Of a stretch of 64,000 nt of DNA, positions 58,870 through 64,000 are shown piece by piece. The position numbers and the translations under genes were made by a program. The notes beneath the pieces were generated by a model. That model saw nothing but the letters and a program-made list of their open reading frames with translations. It did not search any database and had not been told where the DNA came from. Source of the stretch: Heteronotia binoei (lineage: Eukaryota); assembly GCF_032191835.1 (NCBI RefSeq), contig NC_083237.1, positions 40,796,001 to 40,860,000 on the forward strand. The letters run 5' to 3'. Position 1 is the first letter of the stretch. Each line of letters opens with the position of its first letter.

Positions 58870-60199
58870 CAGTTTTCAGTGTTCTGAAAGAGAGTTCTCA
58901 AATCAGCCTGTCCATCCTTTAGAGTGGGGGCATTTATGAACTGAGAGTAAAATGGAAGAATTATAATTCCCATTTTCAATCAGAAATGTTGTGAGGAAAT
59001 AAAAAAAAAATTCTACGGTTTTCAGTTTTTGCTTTTACCCTTGAACATCAGAATACATAGAAGCCATCGGTTGTGCTTTTTCAATTTCCAGGTAATATTA
59101 GAGCTTGTTTTTTTTTTAAGAATTAGCAATCGAGGCACCTATGGTTAATTGCTTTCTTTTCTATGGTAAGTAAAGCATATAATTTTACAAGGACAAATTC
59201 CATGACTCTTAATGTACAACTATATCTATCTGTCTGTTTGCTGAGATTGTGAACATCCTGCCTACTTATGTAGCCAGTATACCTTCCCTGCTATTGCATT
59301 TAGTTCTGGATCACACCAAAGCTAAGCACTTATATATTTCAGTTATCTATATATTTTTTTTTAAATTTCAGTTATCTCTATTAACTGTTAAGCATTTTTA
59401 AAAAATATCTCCACTTAAATTCATTAGGAATTTCAATTATTTGACTTTGGCTAGATTTTTCCCAGACAAAAAAAGTTTCATGCCAGCAGCAAGTGCAATT
59501 GTTTTCTGATAACCTTATGTTCCTTTAAGTATGTTTTGGATGTTGTCAAAGCTAATTCCATTTATGTGTAATCTAAGGGTGAACAAAAACTACTGGATCT
59601 ATTTTCATTGTATGATTTCAAACTGTAAAAAAGTTGTACAAATTCTATCAATTCCAAAAGGCAATTAAACTTTCCAGTGTTTAGGAAGTCACTATATAAA
59701 TGTGTAGCATTTGCTGAATTGTGCCAAATTAAACATTAATTAGGTTGTTGGATTCAAATTTTCCTACCAAAATCCAACTTCTTTTCCCCTTTGGGTACTG
59801 AAACATTCTCGAGTTTACTCAGTCCACATAAACCCTTTTTGTAGGGTCCCCTCCTTTGACAAATTTACAGTTGTGGGGGATTTTTTTAAATGTGTGAAGA
59901 GCCCTAACTGTTCTGTGAGTGGCCTTTCCCCCCAGAAATTGAACATTATCAAAATGGGGGCATGGGAATGAGCTAGTGCCTTTACTGCTATTTATTCACA
60001 AATTGGACACCTGCGAAGGGGCACAGAGATTTTGGAAGTACCTCCCACCCTTCAAAATCTTTCCCTCATGAACACTTTGAGATTTCAGGATCTCAAAAAC
60101 TGATTCTTCTGGGGTTTTTTAAACTGACTCTCACAATTGCCTCATCATCCAGTTACCCTTGGTCTCTCAATGGCTACTAGCCATGATGAATAAAGGGGA

Positions 60200-60365
60200 G
60201 TAAAGAGGAAGCAGACTTCTAAATACCAGTGGTCAACAGACATCATCAAGGGAAGTCCTTCTCTTTTAGTTTATCCTGCAGGGCAACTGGTTAGGCTCCT
60301 ATGTGAAACAGGATGCTGGACTAGGGACCACTGGTGTCATCCAGCAGGTTTTTCTTCTTATGTTA
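60200..60365 (+). mobile_element. CR1-type LINE 3' end fragment
   Basis: caggatgctggactagggaccactggtgtcatccagcagg...tcttatgtt, related to 495-680. Confidence 0.5.
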
Positions 60366-60992
60366 ACATTCTGACCCATCAGAAGATGATTTACTATTAA
60401 TCTTTTTTAAATTTATTTTGGTTATTTTACAAAATCATATTTTTCAGCATAGCTTTTGGCAATCTAACTCTTGCTTGTGAGTGGCCTGTTTTTGCAGCTT
60501 TCATTGGCCACGTAAGATCAGGCAGTTTACTCTTAGATGGAGAAATGTTGTACTTATCAAGGTTAACTAAATCTCAGAGGTTTTAAGTGTCCACATTCTC
60601 AAAATATTATGTGTAACTTCATCCAAAAAGATCTTAATGCTGTTTTTTTGCAGTGAGCTCTTCAGAGCAGGTGGACTGTAGGGGTAACTTAGAAAGCATC
60701 CAGGGAAAGAAATATTGGTGTGTATGAAGGCTGCTTTAGAACCAGCTTTTGTGGGTTCTACACCCATAGTACCCTGTTGCCTAAGAATGTGTAATGAGTA
60801 GAGTATTCTTGGGCATTTGGGCATTTGGATATTATAAACTCTCTCTCTCTGTATTTGTATTTGTGTTTGTGTGTTTAGTTTCATATCTGATAAATTTACT
60901 GACAAAAAGGGGGTTTTGCTTACACATGGGGGTTTTTGGGGGGAGGGAAGAGATTAACTTTAAATGGATTAAACACAAGTAATATTTTTGTT

Positions 60993-61287
60993 AAAGGGCC
61001 CCATGGCACAGAGTGGTAGAGCTGTAGTACTGCAGTCCTAAGCTCTGCTCACGACCTGAGTTCGATCCCAGCGGAAGCTGGGTTCAGGTAGCCGGCTCAA
61101 GGTTGACTCAGTCTTCCATCCTTCCAAGGTCAGTAAAATGAGTACCCAGCTTGCTGGGGGGAAAGTGTAGATGACTGGGGAAGGCAATGGCAAACAACCC
61201 CATAAAAAGTTTGCTGTGAAAATGTTGTGAAAGCAACGTCAACCCAGAATCGGAAACGACTGGTGCACAGGGGACTAACTTTACCTT
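60993..61287 (+). mobile_element. Full-length Sauria SINE
   Basis: tRNA-like head (tggcacagagtggta...gagttcgatccc), central ccatccttccaaggtcagtaaaatgagtaccc, 3' (acctt)-like tail; 13-bp TSD taatatttttgtt. Confidence 0.88.
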
Positions 61288-61422
61288 TAATATTTTTGTT
61301 GCAAAAAGTCTCTGGACTGCAGAAAATTAAAAAAAAAAAACAAATGCTAAATTAACTGTCATCATTTCTTCATTCAATTTATTAACAAAAACTACCCCTT
61401 TTCTGCTATCTGCTTCTTCCAG

Positions 61423-62397
61423 ATGAAGAAAATCATTTCACCAAAACCAACCAACTTTACCGGAGTGACTGAATTTGTCCTTCTGGGTTTAACCAATCAT
61501 CTTGAACTGCAGGTGTTGTTGTTCATTGTATTTCTCTTGGTATACATAATCATAATGGTGGGTAATTTGCTAATTTTCATTATGATCCTTGTAGACCCAT
61601 CTCTTTACACACCAATGTATTTCTTTCTCAAGGTTCTCTCCTTCTTGGACATCTGCTACTCTTCAGTTACCCTCCCCAAAATGCTAGTGAATTTCCTGTC
61701 TGAGGACAAGAGAATTTCCTATATTGGCTGTGCTACTCAAATGTTCTTCCTGCTTTTCCTAGGGGCTTCAGAATGCTTCCTCTTGGCAGCTATGGCCTAT
61801 GATCGGTATGTAGCCATATGCAAACCACTGATGTACATGACCATCATGAACGAGAAATTTTGCCTTTCACTAACAGTTCTGTCATGGTTCTTTGGCAATT
61901 TGGTATCTTTGCTTCAGACAGTTTGGGTTTTTACTCTGCCATTTTGTGGATCAGATAAAATCAACTATTTTTTCTGTGATATACCGCCCCTCATCAAACT
62001 TTCTTGCATTGACACTTCTTCATATGAGATGCAGCTCTTTACAGCAACAATCCTAGTTATTTTGACACCCTTTTCCTTCATTGTTGTGTCCTACCTTCTG
62101 ATTATTTACAACATTTTAAAAATGGCAACAGTGGAAGGCCGTCAGAAAGCCTTCTCCACCTGCTCTTCACATCTCTTGGTGGTGACTTTGTACTATGGGA
62201 GTGGCAGCTTGGTCTACCTAAAGCCCAAATCCATTCATTCACAGGACAGTAACAAAGTGTTGGCTTTGATGTACACTGTCATCACCCCCATGTTGAACCC
62301 AATTATTTACAGTCTAAGGAACAAAGAGATCAGTGAGGCAATGAAGAGGATGGTGAACAAGGCAAAGAATCGAAAAATACTTTTCCATGGGACATAG
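61423..62397 (+). CDS. Olfactory receptor, class II (family 10-like), intact, 324 aa
   Basis: NFT glycosylation site; LYTPMYFF, MAYDRYVAICKPL, KAFSTCSSHL, PMLNPIIYSLRN; acceptor cttcttccag immediately before the ATG. Confidence 0.97.
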   Translation: MKKIISPKPTNFTGVTEFVLLGLTNHLELQVLLFIVFLLVYIIIMVGNLLIFIMILVDPSLYTPMYFFLKVLSFLDICYSSVTLPKMLVNFLSEDKRISYIGCATQMFFLLFLGASECFLLAAMAYDRYVAICKPLMYMTIMNEKFCLSLTVLSWFFGNLVSLLQTVWVFTLPFCGSDKINYFFCDIPPLIKLSCIDTSSYEMQLFTATILVILTPFSFIVVSYLLIIYNILKMATVEGRQKAFSTCSSHLLVVTLYYGSGSLVYLKPKSIHSQDSNKVLALMYTVITPMLNPIIYSLRNKEISEAMKRMVNKAKNRKILFHGT

Positions 62398-62739
62398 GTT
62401 ATTGATTATGGTTGTTTTGTATAATGTTAAGCTGGTGATATTTTTAAGTGCTATACAATTCCCAAAGTTCAAACAAGCATGAATATCCAGTTCATTTAGA
62501 TACATTGGCTTGTATCCTACCATGCTGCTTAGTAAAGTTTGAAGCCTTCCTCTGGCATAAGGAGTCCTTAGAATTGAGAAAGTCACAAAAGCTGGAGGGA
62601 AATTCCTTTGGGAAACTTCTGTCTTTGCTGTGTAGAGTGATAGGATTCATATGCTCCCATTCGCCTTTCCAAAGTAGAAGTCAAATTCTTACCATTCAAG
62701 GACAGTAGCTGCCTTTACCACTTATCCCTATTTATTTTA

Positions 62740-62875
62740 AGAGACCAGGTCCCAAGGAGAAAATGGCTCTTTTGGAAGATGACCTCTATGTTGAGGTCCC
62801 ACCCCTCCAAACCCCACTCTCCTGAGTTTCCATCCCCAGATCTGCAGGAATTCCCCAACCTGAAGTTGGCAACCT
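62740..62875. mobile_element. hAT-like MITE fragment (ggttgccaac TIR family)
   Basis: Ends ttccccaacctgaagttggcaacc; other end not identified. Confidence 0.4.
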
Positions 62876-63126
62876 CACTACATACTGGGTGAGCAAAAAG
62901 GAGGAGGTAATATCAAAGTCCTCAAAAGACTTGTTTCTGATTGTTATAGCCCACCTTGCCTTTGCAAAGAAAGTAGGGATTTGGAGGCAGGGATTAATTG
63001 GTGGGCTTCAGGGTGCCCAGTTTTGAATTGGACATCCAGTATTTGCCATTTTTGTCCAGTAAATAAACTTAAAATAAAAAGGGGAGGCCACCACTGCAAA
63101 ACCAGGAAGAAAAAAATTGTGCAGAG

Positions 63127-63306
63127 CAGAGCTTTTTTGTAGCAGGAACTCCTTTGCATATTAGGCCACACTCCCCTGATGTAGCCAATCCTCCAGGAAC
63201 ATACAGGGATCTTTTACAGGGCCTATTTAAGCTCTTGGAAGATTGGCTACATCAGGGGTGTGTGGCCTAATATGCAAAGGAGTTCCTGCTACAAAAAAAA
63301 GCCCTG
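63127..63306. mobile_element. hAT MITE, complete and near-palindromic
   Basis: About 70-bp inverted arms; perfect 8-bp TSD gtgcagag (63119-63126, 63307-63314). Confidence 0.92.
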
Positions 63307-63529
63307 GTGCAGAGAGAAATGGAATATTTGCTCCAATGTATGTCTGGGAACAGAATAAAGAAGATGGAGCTGCATAAAAAACATGTTGGGGCTGTTTAAA
63401 CATTGAATATTCTGTATCATATCCTTCTGCATCATTTTTCTTCTGCATATATTGAAATGCTATTATATTAGGTAATATTCACAACAAGAGAATTTGGCAA
63501 AAAAAAGGCATATAAAAACAATGTGATGA

Positions 63530-63790
63530 GATCCCCTACTTCTCAGAGTTCCAAAAGACTGGTTCGGAAAACTCAAATATCAATCCACTTAGCGGTGTGT
63601 ATTCAATAGATCCGCAAAGTACAGTCCACTGAGTCCCCAAAGCCAAGTCCAAATGAGGTTCCACAGTCAAGCTTCTTGTTTCATTGTTATGTATTTTGTC
63701 AATGGACAATATTCTTGTACACTGTTTATCAGACCTTCAAGCAATGTCCAGAACAAAAGACTGAATTGTCAAACTCTGGCTCCGGCAGAA
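63530..63790 (-). mobile_element. Possible Penelope-like terminal fragment
   Basis: Recalled resemblance to squamate Penelope pseudo-LTRs (ccagtcttttggaactctg); no partner copy in the window. Confidence 0.3.
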
Positions 63791-63879
63791 GTCAAATAAG
63801 CAAATAATTTAACTCAGAGGACAAAGATTAACTGTGTAAGGATACAATATTACACAGAATTTGGAATGGAAAGGTCTTA

Positions 63880-63980
63880 AGAGAGCCAGTGTAGTATCAT
63901 GGTTAGAGTGCTGGAGTAGAATCCAGAAAACCCAGGTTCAAATTTCCACTCTACCATGAAAATTTCCTGGGTGACCTTGT
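63880..63980 (+). mobile_element. Squam3/MIR-like SINE head
   Basis: gagagccagtgtagtatcatggttagagtgctggag...cccaggttcaaat...ctgggtgaccttg. Confidence 0.6.
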
Positions 63981-64000
63981 TCCTTTCTGAAGTACTGTGG

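Noticed and set aside
60993-61075. tRNA gene
   Set aside because: It is the tRNA-derived head of a Sauria SINE with a TSD; no full cloverleaf.

Overview
Vertebrate genomic DNA, most likely a squamate reptile and probably a gecko, inferred from Sauria-SINE, Squam3/MIR-like SINE, BovB and reptile-type Penelope repeats. Host genes are the first coding exon of a RING/B-box TRIM gene (minus strand, left edge) and four intact single-exon olfactory receptor genes. There is one 250-N assembly gap. Most of the rest is nested transposable elements: two decayed Ngaro-type tyrosine-recombinase retrotransposons with an extra SGNH-hydrolase ORF; a full-length but inactivated Tf1/sushi chromovirus with a 5-bp TSD; a deleted relative of that chromovirus; a 1.6-kb putative solo LTR; L2, RTE-X-like, BovB, CR1 and Penelope elements; SINEs; and hAT and PIF/Harbinger MITEs. 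The strongest second-look signals are (1) an 11-nt PBS/R complementarity that covaries between the two chromovirus families (tRNA-independent self-priming), (2) a gag-pol -1 frameshift pseudoknot, (3) a splice acceptor directly before the Ngaro SGNH ORF, suggesting env-like subgenomic expression, and (4) fold-back Penelope insertions carrying hammerhead-ribozyme-like motifs. I found no convincing new host gene system. All alignments and counts were done by eye, and repeat family names come from recalled motifs, not database searches.
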